A DNA stretch of 64,000 nucleotides. It comes from a virus. The translations under genes were made by a program, and so were the position numbers. The stretch is from the IMG/VR virus record IMGVR_UViG_3300044580_000410, positions 20,720 to 84,719 of that record; one strand, given 5' to 3'. The notes beneath the pieces were generated by a model. It searched no databases, was not told the origin of the DNA, and saw only the letters and a program-made list of their open reading frames with translations. Position 1 is the first letter of the stretch; each line of letters begins with the position of its first letter. Shown piece after piece: positions 30,201 to 39,256 of the stretch.

Positions 30201-30855
30201 AAGCGGATACCAATTTGAAGTGGGCCAGCTAGCAGGGGTTATTGTTTTTGATGGTAGTACCGGATATTCTTGGGGTTCATCATATAGAGTTACAAATGTC
30301 GATGGATCTACTCATACTTTTGATCAAACTATTCCTCAGTTCTTTATAAATAATCCTGGGAAATATTCAATCAAAGTAAAACATGCATTTTCCTCATATT
30401 CTGATATGACAATTCCTACAGATTATGCTGTAGAACAATTTAATACTTTTAAATTATATTTAAAGGATTCATATTGTCAAGAATATTTCCTAGACAATAC
30501 ATTTGTAGTAATCAATGTTCTTTTTGATCAGGATTATGTAAATCAGCAATGGTATAATGCTTCTGATAACCTAATCAATTCAGAATTCTATTATCATTGT
30601 AAACCAATAGAAGTAGATTCAAGCACTTTAGTCATATTTAAAGCTGTTTATGATCCTAGCAATTATATGCTTGATCAAAAAAATATTTGGACTGTAAAAG
30701 AACATAATGAATCTAATATTCTTTTTAGGGTATTTAATGAAAGCGTTCCATTTATATTTGATCAAATAGGAACCTATGATATTCAAGTAGAATCGTATGA
30801 TAAATACGGAAACTTAAAAACCCAGGTTTGGGAAGGTTTGGTAACGGTTGTATGA
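27223..30855 (+). CDS. Large baseplate wedge protein (gp7/tail-I-like core, PKD-like C-terminus), D-x-S rich
   Basis: YIGTYKGLINAIKWLGY core motif; GTYDIQVESYDKYGN; position after the gp6-like gene. Confidence 0.55.
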   Translation: MNQQNWKIFNKSGSFLNSYADIYLPLTFIASNIDATGAAAFAVTDPSNYIIDVEVTNSGWEYPSNTQVQLDYTFGGYSQILSASEVSIGFKDVSIFNPAPASSQAIESVVITLTPDVSFLYPAVTYSSAIFLQPISQGLVETEHLTIIEESSTGALIRPYDPINPYLIFRFTDGDPEIKLFEIDEENQLVEWADEIIIDTTEYAEKTGLMINVGFRAETEGIFERRLRVFHKVGNTEYLIYEILVNAESVGPDERFDTLITNFGLPSPKANHTLFKEADINEDLPDWKLLNYKAKHIILEHDKIMPYIGTYKGLINAIKWLGYEDIQVKEWFKNVKDGKNLSLTVPYDAADRTKTLLYFSPDERRNLKKLNQLSLVYCLTRETGQIDEWGNPIVEECYNYNINEIFIKLYALKQWLERWIIGVNARITDITGEGVYFERFRNVVYGTNTIGSEAIFEQSISPITLDESSELIQGDASIRLTLEELQKMPIEALQVRFKDLLKYCWDPSNGQFTLADASLYWYDPSTVLVGSTFQFPFIDLFDIQWRASVEKTDAGTIIDKLVTKPLFVYENDLRFYNILDSSSQFYDVQSNLNILLENAILRDPSNDDWTSSKAYEIYPDPSGLGYYWMESSSGLDLFKFNSYVNLIPDTGSVLLYEFDSNYRVPLLSFQNYKFTDASGIITSIPKKYFLDILDGKIVMDSSIQGSKPWVSDPSSGNIISVEYNLNWNYDTSLDEQMITVNIVYNSSRMPLAVYDPSIYYSIYGSDPYPARVIDNSIYIMTVNHTGDFYIEVFAWDGFNNIYSNKMETLYPVWTKFPRIYVLTDNSLYSATDVSSMSVLEASTLISENPYPLFDRYIPLQGISLQFDASGTPYIEIPSITYFQDVMEPDSLNRFFNLTERVTYMDSPTITVDPDYQKFYEGDEIRLVQFDKGKYSLIREASAHIDSVGGNDMDISPWPADISINGSAEVYVLNDTYRTTVNAANIGDNLVLDVSGYQFEVGQLAGVIVFDGSTGYSWGSSYRVTNVDGSTHTFDQTIPQFFINNPGKYSIKVKHAFSSYSDMTIPTDYAVEQFNTFKLYLKDSYCQEYFLDNTFVVINVLFDQDYVNQQWYNASDNLINSEFYYHCKPIEVDSSTLVIFKAVYDPSNYMLDQKNIWTVKEHNESNILFRVFNESVPFIFDQIGTYDIQVESYDKYGNLKTQVWEGLVTVV

Positions 30856-31376
30856 AAGAAGTTTTAATAGTCGTTGATGTTCAAGTTCATTTTAAATCCG
30901 TTACAGATGAATATGTAGATGGAATATTTGAATTGTGCGAAACATTCGATGAGGTTTATCAAATATGGGATGCTGTTGATGTAAATACCCCGGATTTTAA
31001 ATTTCCTAATCAGAAAGATGCAATCCGAAAGGAATACGGTGGGGTTTTAGACGAGGACGATGTGGATCATTATGATTTTTCAGATAAGGAAAGAGATCGT
31101 TTAAAAAAGGCATTTGAAGAAGAAGATTTTCAGAGAGGAGATTTATTTGTAGCTGGTAAAGAACCAAAACGTCAATGGTTTTTATTTGTGGATGGCAATC
31201 ATCCTTGGTTTATTTTTGAAGAAAAATTATTCGCTCTATTTGAAAAACTAAAAAATGAAGGAAAAAGAGCTATTCTTTGCGGGGGGGCTAGAATGGAATG
31301 TTTATACGACATCGAAGTTCTTACGGATGCTGTAGGATTAGACTCAACTGTATTAGGAACACATACTTATTCATGA
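30852..31376 (+). CDS. Cysteine hydrolase / isochorismatase-like protein
   Basis: VLIVVDVQ at the N-terminus; LCGGARMECLYD. Confidence 0.6.
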   Translation: MKEVLIVVDVQVHFKSVTDEYVDGIFELCETFDEVYQIWDAVDVNTPDFKFPNQKDAIRKEYGGVLDEDDVDHYDFSDKERDRLKKAFEEEDFQRGDLFVAGKEPKRQWFLFVDGNHPWFIFEEKLFALFEKLKNEGKRAILCGGARMECLYDIEVLTDAVGLDSTVLGTHTYS

Positions 31377-32065
31377 AAATAGTTAGAGAAAATATTAATT
31401 TTGAAAGAGGATTAGATCCCAAAAAAGCTTTAGATTTAGGAATTGAACAATCTATAAAAAAATTCCTTAAAGAAATTGGTCAGCAAAGTTCTAGTATCGA
31501 TCATGAGATGAAAATATGTGTTCGTTATGGAAAAACTGATTTTGTGGATTATCTAATAAAAAATGGAGCTAATGTTCATAGTGAAGGAGACATAGCTTTG
31601 AAGATAGCTTGTAATAGAGGGGATGTGGATACTGTCAGAGTTCTGCTTAAAAATGGAGCAAATGCAAATACAATTCATCTTGACTCTTCCTATAACATAA
31701 AAAGATGGAAAAGGGAAATAAAAGATTTAATTAGACAATATCAGAATAAAATAAAAGAAAATCTAAATTTTGAACGTGGTTTGGATCCAAAGAAAGCAAT
31801 GAGATTAGGATCCAAAATGCTCCAAATGATTAAAGACCTTCATAATGAATTTCAACCTACAATGTGGGATTTATTTGGAAGACCAGAAGATCGAGCAGGA
31901 TTTGCATTAAAAGGAACTCTTATGCAAATTTATTTTGATAAAGAAGATCCTTCAAAAGCTTTTACAGATAATTGCCGAAAAATGAATTGTACTGTTGATC
32001 AAATAGACTTAATTCAAACTATATTGCAAAACGAATTTGATTTAGAAGTTAAATATCTTAAATAA
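31373..32065 (+). CDS. FERG-tag polyprotein (2 tags) with ankyrin repeats
   Basis: Start MKIVRENINFERGLDPKKALDLG; LIKNGANVH...ALKIACNRGDVDTVRVLLKNGAN; internal IKENLNFERGLDPKKAMRLG. Confidence 0.8.
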   Translation: MKIVRENINFERGLDPKKALDLGIEQSIKKFLKEIGQQSSSIDHEMKICVRYGKTDFVDYLIKNGANVHSEGDIALKIACNRGDVDTVRVLLKNGANANTIHLDSSYNIKRWKREIKDLIRQYQNKIKENLNFERGLDPKKAMRLGSKMLQMIKDLHNEFQPTMWDLFGRPEDRAGFALKGTLMQIYFDKEDPSKAFTDNCRKMNCTVDQIDLIQTILQNEFDLEVKYLK

Positions 32066-32400
32066 TGGAAGGAAGATTTCATAAAGATAATAAAGAAATT
32101 TCCCCCGAATCAATTGATCGTATAAATACTTTTTTATTAGTTGATTCCAAAGTTTGGAGGAAACCAGGGATTATATCAGTTGAAAAATTAGGTAATGTTT
32201 TTCAAATACAGATAGATGAAGATATAATGAAGAAAAATGTAACGGCTGTTGCTTTTTCTAATCAAGATGAAATGCCAGAATTACCTCCTGATACTTTAGC
32301 CGTAAATCCTCAAACTCATATATGTGTTGATGAAAATTATCTTTATGTTTGGGTTCCCCAATCTAAAAGATGGAAAAGATTGCCTCTTTCTATTTGGTAA
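32065..32400 (+). CDS. Hypothetical protein with fibre-type C-terminal motif
   Basis: ICVDENYLYVWVPQSKRWKRLPLSIW. Confidence 0.45.
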   Translation: MEGRFHKDNKEISPESIDRINTFLLVDSKVWRKPGIISVEKLGNVFQIQIDEDIMKKNVTAVAFSNQDEMPELPPDTLAVNPQTHICVDENYLYVWVPQSKRWKRLPLSIW

Positions 32401-33438
32401 TTAAACATGTAAAACCCATATTGGGTTATCTGAATTAATATCTATATTAGCAGTTCTTATATCCCCTAAATATCTAACCCAAACTCTTCGAACTTCTTTT
32501 GTCGGTTTTGTATTAGAGTAGAATTTTTTTATTATCGGGGTTCCATCTGGATTTGTTTCCTCATCTTCCGAAAGCCTAACTTCTACCATTCTTTTTTCAT
32601 AGGGGATCCATACTTTAATTTTATCCTTCTTTTTTAGGGGTCGAATTATTTTTCCTATTTTCATAGCTCTCTTTGGATCCATCCCTCTTTCGAAGTTAAT
32701 AGATTCCATTTTAGGCAAAGGATGTAAATGCTTTAGTATTTCTTGAACTCCTTCATCTACTGTTTGAATAATTCTTTCTTTTACAACTACTCCATTAATT
32801 AAATAGCCATAAGTAAAATATTCCTGGGGGTTTTGATAAAAACGTATGAAAAAATAATCTGTTCTAAAAACTTTTTTATATTGATCGCTAATAGTATATT
32901 TTCCCTCAATATACTTTTGATTTTTATTAAAATGAATCTGGTATTTCCCACCCCTTAATTCGACTAATTTATCTAAAGCTTTTCGGATATTTCTCTCCCC
33001 ATATCTTCCGATTCTCATTGAATCTTTTGGCTCCATTCCTTTCTGAAAATGCTGGGCTTCATCTATATCATTAAGAATACTTAATCTTTCCTCAAATTCT
33101 TCTGGGGTTCCCCAGATAAAATAATCATTACTGGATCTCCACTTAAATGAATTTGATGGTAGATGAGCAGCATAAGCTGTTATTCCAATGCATCCATCAG
33201 GATAAGCCTGAGGCGGAGTTTCGATTTGTAAATAAATCTCGGATTGATCGGAATTTGTAAATTCTCTATATTTAGAATTATCATTAAAATGATTTCCATG
33301 GTCAACAGTAAAATCCCTTTTTACTTTTAGAAAATCCCCTTTTTGGAGACTCATCCATTTACCGGTAAGCCCAATCCTTAAATTTTTTATCGGTTCCTTA
33401 CTTCTTTGAAATTCTATATGTTCCCGAACAATATTCAC
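32401..33438 (-). CDS. FERG-tag polyprotein (3 tags)
   Basis: VREHIEFQRSKEPIKNLRIG, IDEAQHFQKGMEPKDSMRIG, KMESINFERGMDPKRAMKIG. Confidence 0.8.
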   Translation of the reverse strand: MNIVREHIEFQRSKEPIKNLRIGLTGKWMSLQKGDFLKVKRDFTVDHGNHFNDNSKYREFTNSDQSEIYLQIETPPQAYPDGCIGITAYAAHLPSNSFKWRSSNDYFIWGTPEEFEERLSILNDIDEAQHFQKGMEPKDSMRIGRYGERNIRKALDKLVELRGGKYQIHFNKNQKYIEGKYTISDQYKKVFRTDYFFIRFYQNPQEYFTYGYLINGVVVKERIIQTVDEGVQEILKHLHPLPKMESINFERGMDPKRAMKIGKIIRPLKKKDKIKVWIPYEKRMVEVRLSEDEETNPDGTPIIKKFYSNTKPTKEVRRVWVRYLGDIRTANIDINSDNPIWVLHV

Positions 33439-33439
33439 A

Positions 33440-33745
33440 CTAAAATCTTAAATTCTCCCAATCAATAAACGCATCCCAAAAATCTTCTTCATTTTTATCT
33501 TTGATACGATATTCATTTTCCTTATACCATTTATATAGTTTATCTGCTAATTCAGGAACCATTTGATCTTCATTTTCGGGATCTGTAATAATTTCTTCAA
33601 ATCCTGTAATTTCAAATAAGTTATCTCTAACATATTCCCCAGCTTCCTGGCTATCTTCAAACGATCTTGAAGCTTTCCCGATTCTCATAGACCTCTTAGG
33701 ATCCTGTCCTCTTTCAAAATCAATATATTCTTTAACAATTCCCAT
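33440..33745 (-). CDS. FERG-tag protein
   Basis: MGIVKEYIDFERGQDPKRSMRIG. Confidence 0.75.
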   Translation of the reverse strand: MGIVKEYIDFERGQDPKRSMRIGKASRSFEDSQEAGEYVRDNLFEITGFEEIITDPENEDQMVPELADKLYKWYKENEYRIKDKNEEDFWDAFIDWENLRF

Positions 33746-33746
33746 A

Positions 33747-34109
33747 TTATCCTATTATATCCCATAAATCTTCTTCATCACCATTCCAATCTTCTAGAGC
33801 TTTTGCTAATTGTTTTTGGTTTCTTCCGTGAGCATCCCATTGAACTAAAGCTTTAACTATATTTTCCTTTGGCCCGGAAATAGTTACATATACCATTCCA
33901 TTTTTGTCTTTTCCGGTAACTTTAAAATCTACGTTTACTTTCTTTAGATAATTAACAAAATATCTAGTATCCTTATCTGTTTGATCTAAATTACCCTTTG
34001 AATTTAATTCGACATTAGCACACATCATTTCAAGAGTAATAATTCTATTCAGAATTTTATCAAGGATTTCTTTTTTGGATTCTGCTCCTCTTACAAATTG
34101 TGCCCTCAT
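33747..34109 (-). CDS. Hypothetical protein, possible degenerate tag
   Basis: MRAQFVRGAESKKEIL; shares MRAQFV with the upstream gene. Confidence 0.6.
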   Translation of the reverse strand: MRAQFVRGAESKKEILDKILNRIITLEMMCANVELNSKGNLDQTDKDTRYFVNYLKKVNVDFKVTGKDKNGMVYVTISGPKENIVKALVQWDAHGRNQKQLAKALEDWNGDEEDLWDIIG

Positions 34110-34114
34110 GAATC

Positions 34115-34909
34115 TTACTTATATGTATATCCTGGTAAACTTCCGCCATAAACACGGATAAGTTCTTTCATTTCTTTTACAGGAACATAGTCTACCATAA
34201 TCCATTGGCCCATTTTTTGCCATGTTTGATCATGTCTAAAATCCCTATAATCTTTTAATTTTGCAAGGGGTTTATCGCCTGAAGTGAATACAACTTTGAA
34301 ATTTCCACTATGATCTTTCCAGATTTCTGCTGTTCCATCATAAGTGTCATAAACGTTAAAATATAGGGATTCCCCAGTTCCGAAGTTAACTCTTCCTATA
34401 GGTAGGATAGAAGCATCTGAAAGTCTTTTTCCGCCAACTTCTGGAGGAGTAGAAAATCTTCCAATACCCATAGATCTGAAAACATCTCCACGATCTCTTG
34501 TGAATCCACCACCTCCTGTTTTGGCTTGTCCTATTTCGGGGGCTGCTGCACCTAATCTCTCAGATGGAAGAAGATACTGGGTTTTAAATTTTCTTTCGAT
34601 CTTTTGACCTTTTTCTACGGGTCCTGTAACTGGAGCAAGAACTTGTTTAGAAGCTTTTCCAACAACATGAGATCCCCCTAATTCGACAGCTCGATCATGG
34701 AATATCTGAGAAATATCGCTCCCAGCGCCAAATACTTTTTCTGCTGCTTCAGCTCGTGCCTGTGCTTTACCCGCATCTTGAATAATTTTAGCTTGTGTTG
34801 TAGCTAAAGAAATCTCCTTATCATGATTACCAGCTGCTTTAGTTTTTATATCTTGCATACGGACTAAATCTTTTTGTCCATAAGCTTCATTAACAAATTG
34901 TGCTCTCAT
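34115..34909 (-). CDS. Hypothetical protein with Glu-terminated leader; paralogue of 59151-59834
   Basis: Probable start MRAQFVNE-AYGQKDLVRMQDIK at 34909. Confidence 0.7.
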   Translation of the reverse strand: MRAQFVNEAYGQKDLVRMQDIKTKAAGNHDKEISLATTQAKIIQDAGKAQARAEAAEKVFGAGSDISQIFHDRAVELGGSHVVGKASKQVLAPVTGPVEKGQKIERKFKTQYLLPSERLGAAAPEIGQAKTGGGGFTRDRGDVFRSMGIGRFSTPPEVGGKRLSDASILPIGRVNFGTGESLYFNVYDTYDGTAEIWKDHSGNFKVVFTSGDKPLAKLKDYRDFRHDQTWQKMGQWIMVDYVPVKEMKELIRVYGGSLPGYTYK

Positions 34910-34922
34910 ATTTTTAATTATA

Positions 34923-35591
34923 TTAATTATCATATTCTTCTCCATGAAATTCTTCGGGGTTTTGTGTCCAATATTCACTTTTGCCAAATTTTTCAATATG
35001 TCCTTTAGTTGCTGGAACAGCCCCCAAATAAACACCCCAAAGGGTAGCATTAGGAACCTCATGTTTATGTCTAAAAGCATAATGAGCTCTCATTATATTT
35101 CTTGCATGAGGGGTTAAACGACCATTGGGTCTATAGTATCCTGGTTCAGTATCTCCTCCCATACTTCTTACAACATAATCCGTAGGTTCTGTCGCTTCTT
35201 CTGGAGAAATTTCCATCTCATCAAATTCTTCAATTGGAACCCTTCCGTTATTGTATTTTTCCATAAATTTAATATCGGATCTTTCTTCTTTGGATAAATC
35301 TAAATAGGATCTTAACCCCCCAATAATTGGAGCTATCTCGATTAAGAGTTTTCTAAGTTCTCTTTCAGACTTTGTAAACCCTCTATCAGTTAATAATTTA
35401 TGAAATTTTGGAATATCAATCTTGCCTGCTTTAAAAGGAGCATTATTTATTTCGTTAGCGAGTATCATAAAATTTTTAGTCTGAAAAATATTTTTATATT
35501 TTTCTCGTTGTTCCGGTGTAGGGGTTAAACGAATTATAGGCCTTTTTGAAAGCTCATTTAATTCTTCTAAAGATTCGCAAACAAGTTTCAT
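34923..35591 (-). CDS. Hypothetical protein with Glu-terminated leader
   Basis: MKLVCESLEELNE...; follows a GATAAATA box. Confidence 0.6.
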   Translation of the reverse strand: MKLVCESLEELNELSKRPIIRLTPTPEQREKYKNIFQTKNFMILANEINNAPFKAGKIDIPKFHKLLTDRGFTKSERELRKLLIEIAPIIGGLRSYLDLSKEERSDIKFMEKYNNGRVPIEEFDEMEISPEEATEPTDYVVRSMGGDTEPGYYRPNGRLTPHARNIMRAHYAFRHKHEVPNATLWGVYLGAVPATKGHIEKFGKSEYWTQNPEEFHGEEYDN

Positions 35592-35606
35592 GTAACAATT
35601 TTATTA

Positions 35607-35630
35607 TATTTATCTGGGTTGAAATATATA
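35607..35630. promoter_or_regulatory. Divergent late-promoter-like pair (GATAAATA minus 35607-35614; AATATATA plus 35623-35630)
   Basis: Motifs in the short divergent intergenic gap. Confidence 0.5.
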
Positions 35631-35648
35631 TAAAAAATAAAAATAATT

Positions 35649-35837
35649 ATGCCCATAGATCCTAGCACCTGTCAATTTGCTAAAGAAGTAACTAGGGATT
35701 TTTCTTTAGAATGGATTATTTGTGAAGGTCTTGAAGAATTATACTGTGGATCTGATTTAGAAGCCCTATATAATCAACCTGAAGTAATATCCGAAATAGG
35801 AATAACTAAATGGGAATTCAGGGATCCTTCAATTTAA
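35649..35837 (+). CDS. Small hypothetical protein
   Basis: 62 aa with its own promoter-like motif; DPS at both ends. Confidence 0.5.
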   Translation: MPIDPSTCQFAKEVTRDFSLEWIICEGLEELYCGSDLEALYNQPEVISEIGITKWEFRDPSI

Positions 35838-38800
35838 ACAGGAATTGGCGGAAATCCAGGAAATCCATAGGTTTTTGCTCCTGTTGGAGCCCATTCCTTT
35901 AATAGGAAAGTCATCCATGGTAGATTACTTGGCTTTAAATTCTCATATTTTGGAAAAGGATCACTTTTAATTATAGTAGGCATAGCCGCTTTCAAAGCTG
36001 TTTTATATCCTTTGAAATTATTAAATGTCTTGGATAAAGCAGAACCATAATTTGTTTTCATTAAATCCTCATTTTTAGGCTCGAATTTTTCCATAATTTT
36101 ATTTAAAGGACCATAATTTATATTCTGGTCAATATCCGTAGCCATATTAATAATAGGTTTTGGATTTTTTACAGTAAATGCAAAATTAGCTGTTTCCGGT
36201 TTTGTTGCAATAGGAAGCGGAGCTAAAAACTTGTCAATTCCAGCTATTAATAAATCCAGCTTATCAAATTGAGATAATATTTTTTCTTCTGTGTTTTGTA
36301 AAGCCTGTATTTTAGCATCCTGATTTTTTGCAATAGGAGCTCCGTCATAAGCATCTTTAATGATCTTATATTTAATCTCCGCTTGCATTTTATCTTTCTT
36401 AGAGGTTAAAATCAATTCATCTAAGATTAGCATTTTTTCAGTCCATTTTGCTAGATCCATTGTATATCTAGGAATATCGATTTTTCTTTCTACCGAATAA
36501 TCCCTTCGAGGCTTTTGTTCCCTAAGAGTTCTTTTTTGATTTTGCAAATCAGATAATTGTTCTTGAAGAAATTTTATGTCTTCTTTTACTTTATCCAAAT
36601 AAGTTTTTAATCTTTCTTTTTTAAATTCCTTTAATTGATTAGAAAGTTCTTTTTTTAAAGCTTCCACTTCTTTTTTAACTAAAGTTGCCGGATCTGCTAA
36701 AGGAACATGATGTTCAGTAGACCAGTTAACAAAGAGAGCCCAGGGGAAAGGATAAATACCCGTAATTGTAAGTCCAACAACAATAAATCCCCAGTTTACT
36801 TCAAAAGCTTTTATTGGAATATAAACAGTTGGAAAAGGAATAGGACCTATTGGAGGGGGAACCCCTGTTGACCAACTTGTTGCCGGATTAGCAACACTTG
36901 CAAGAGTAGCAAATGAACAATATCTTAGCCAATAAGAAATATCTCCATATCCTTTTTTACTTTTAGGAGAAAGATATGGGTCATCCTCTTCTGGGGGTTC
37001 ACATGCAGCTTCTCCAATTGAATAATATCTATATTGTTCGTCATTTATAACTATAATCGAATACGTAGTAAAAGTACGAGCAATATCATCTAATTCCTTT
37101 TGATAACCTTCAATTTCCCCCGGGAGAGCATCATATCTTTTCCATAGAGAAGCGAAGAATTGTTCAATCCATATTCCTTCTAATTCTGTTTCGGTCCATT
37201 TTGTTTTTTCCGTTGAGTATTTTGTTTCGATAAGTTTATCGATCTCAATACTAAAATTAAATAGGAATAAAATAAATTCACGTAATGAGGTTTTCTCAGT
37301 GTCGTTTAGTTTTTTGTTATTTTTTTGTAAATCTTTTAAATAGTCCTCAGCGGCTGTAAAACGCTGTCCTATTTGGGCATTAGATTCGTCCCATTTTTGT
37401 CTTAATATCTTATAAAAATCCGGGGTAACTGAAAAGAAGGTTCCCTGAGCAAGATCCTTACAATAGTTATTAATTTTTGATTTTATTTTATCTACACTAT
37501 ATTTGTCTGTAAAATACCTTTCTCTTAGGAATTCAGATATTTTATTAATCATAGTGGTTGCAATAGTATTCTTATCAAAATAAGCCATTAATTTTTGGGA
37601 TAGCCAAAAGTAATATTCTATAAGCTCGAATTCTTTTTCATCCGGCTTAGTTACTTTGGATTCATTTACCCCTTGTACAGCATCGGCCTTTAATTGTTTA
37701 AAAAGAACCTCTTCACTTTGATTCATTTCAACTCGAATATCGTCCATCTTTTCAGCTTCGGCTTTGGCTTTTACTTTACTGTCTTTGGCTATATCTTTAT
37801 TTCTTTTATCCCAATCTTTCTTTTGTTTTTCAAAATCACTTTGTATTCCATCCCACCTTTTCTTTACCCCGCCTGTTTTATAAAAGAGTAATAATGATTC
37901 TTGAATAGAAAGGCTCCCATCGATAAGAGGCGAAAATTTTAACATTACAGGATACCAGGAAGGAATATAAAAATCAATTAAAAAGAATTTAGTATCGTTT
38001 AATTCTTTATAGGCATCATTCATTTTTGTAATTACCTCTTCCAAATATGTCTGATCGGGGTCCGAAATATTTTCAACATAAATTTTATTAGGTTCTACTT
38101 TTTCTACAACCCCATTCACAGTAGGATAAACCTTATCCCCATCATAAGTAGCCATTGGAACATTTACTCTAAGTGTATCCCCGACTTTAACCAAAATATT
38201 AAAGTTAACTGAAGAGGTATTTTCATAAAGAGCTTTGGTCGCAATATCTGGTTGCGATCCCTCGGTAATTGAAGAATCCTGTCCTAAAGGTATTTCACAA
38301 GAAAGATCCGATAATTCAATTGGAATATGAGGCACTAAATTATCATCTAAATCAACAGGACAGGTGGTCAAATTTTCATTTAAGGGAACTGAAACAATTT
38401 CAGGTATTTCCGGTTCTGATACCATTTCACATAATTGAGCAGAGTGTATTTCCTGGAATGATTCAAGGGATTTACTTTGTAAAAGTTTTCTATTTCTTAA
38501 ATAAACGGCCGAAGCTAATAAGCTTCCAATTATAATTGCATCTAAAGATTTTAAAGATTTAAGAATAGATTCAATTTGTTTTCTTTCTTTTTCAGATATA
38601 GATTTTGCAGCTTCTTTTACCCCCTTAACAGCATTTTTTTCATCTTGTATTCTTTGTTTTAATATAGATGAAATAATGCGGATAAGTCTTTGAAGATATT
38701 TTCCTCTATATGGTGAAGGATCTTCATTTTGAGACAAAAATTCTTTTATCTTTAATCCAATTACATAAACCATAAATGCCCAGGGAGCTACCTCAGTTAT

Positions 38801-39256
38801 TTTTGAAATAGCATTTGCCATTTCTGTGCTCTTTTTATAATTGGAGGTTTTTCTATCAAATTCATCAGAATTATTGAACAAGTTTATATAATCTTCCCCG
38901 GATAAATTTTTTCCATCTAGGGATTTTAGGAAATTTTCAAAATCTTGTTCATAATAATTTGGATTTTCGCATAGAAGAAGTATTTCATTAAGATAGGATT
39001 CTTCTACATCCTGCCCAATTAAACCCCATAGCTTTTGAAGATCCCTATTATTTTTTACATAGGACAAAGCCTCATCATCAGTGAATTTTTTACTTATAAC
39101 ATCTTTTAATTGGGAAAGTAGAATATTTAGTAAAGAAAAAGCAGCAGTTTTTAAAGCGAGAAGAGTAGCGGGTTTTTTAAGGAACCCTTTATATTTCTCG
39201 ATTTCCAAAGTTAGTTTTCCAAAGGCAGCTTTTATTAATTTATCTTTAAGACTCAT
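35834..39256 (-). CDS. Large coiled-coil protein, probably tail/baseplate associated
   Basis: 1140 aa; barrel-sandwich-hybrid-like LVKVGDTL...YPTVNGVVEKV; Pro-rich hydrophobic segment; downstream of the gp5-like gene. Confidence 0.5.
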   Translation of the reverse strand: MSLKDKLIKAAFGKLTLEIEKYKGFLKKPATLLALKTAAFSLLNILLSQLKDVISKKFTDDEALSYVKNNRDLQKLWGLIGQDVEESYLNEILLLCENPNYYEQDFENFLKSLDGKNLSGEDYINLFNNSDEFDRKTSNYKKSTEMANAISKITEVAPWAFMVYVIGLKIKEFLSQNEDPSPYRGKYLQRLIRIISSILKQRIQDEKNAVKGVKEAAKSISEKERKQIESILKSLKSLDAIIIGSLLASAVYLRNRKLLQSKSLESFQEIHSAQLCEMVSEPEIPEIVSVPLNENLTTCPVDLDDNLVPHIPIELSDLSCEIPLGQDSSITEGSQPDIATKALYENTSSVNFNILVKVGDTLRVNVPMATYDGDKVYPTVNGVVEKVEPNKIYVENISDPDQTYLEEVITKMNDAYKELNDTKFFLIDFYIPSWYPVMLKFSPLIDGSLSIQESLLLFYKTGGVKKRWDGIQSDFEKQKKDWDKRNKDIAKDSKVKAKAEAEKMDDIRVEMNQSEEVLFKQLKADAVQGVNESKVTKPDEKEFELIEYYFWLSQKLMAYFDKNTIATTMINKISEFLRERYFTDKYSVDKIKSKINNYCKDLAQGTFFSVTPDFYKILRQKWDESNAQIGQRFTAAEDYLKDLQKNNKKLNDTEKTSLREFILFLFNFSIEIDKLIETKYSTEKTKWTETELEGIWIEQFFASLWKRYDALPGEIEGYQKELDDIARTFTTYSIIVINDEQYRYYSIGEAACEPPEEDDPYLSPKSKKGYGDISYWLRYCSFATLASVANPATSWSTGVPPPIGPIPFPTVYIPIKAFEVNWGFIVVGLTITGIYPFPWALFVNWSTEHHVPLADPATLVKKEVEALKKELSNQLKEFKKERLKTYLDKVKEDIKFLQEQLSDLQNQKRTLREQKPRRDYSVERKIDIPRYTMDLAKWTEKMLILDELILTSKKDKMQAEIKYKIIKDAYDGAPIAKNQDAKIQALQNTEEKILSQFDKLDLLIAGIDKFLAPLPIATKPETANFAFTVKNPKPIINMATDIDQNINYGPLNKIMEKFEPKNEDLMKTNYGSALSKTFNNFKGYKTALKAAMPTIIKSDPFPKYENLKPSNLPWMTFLLKEWAPTGAKTYGFPGFPPIPV

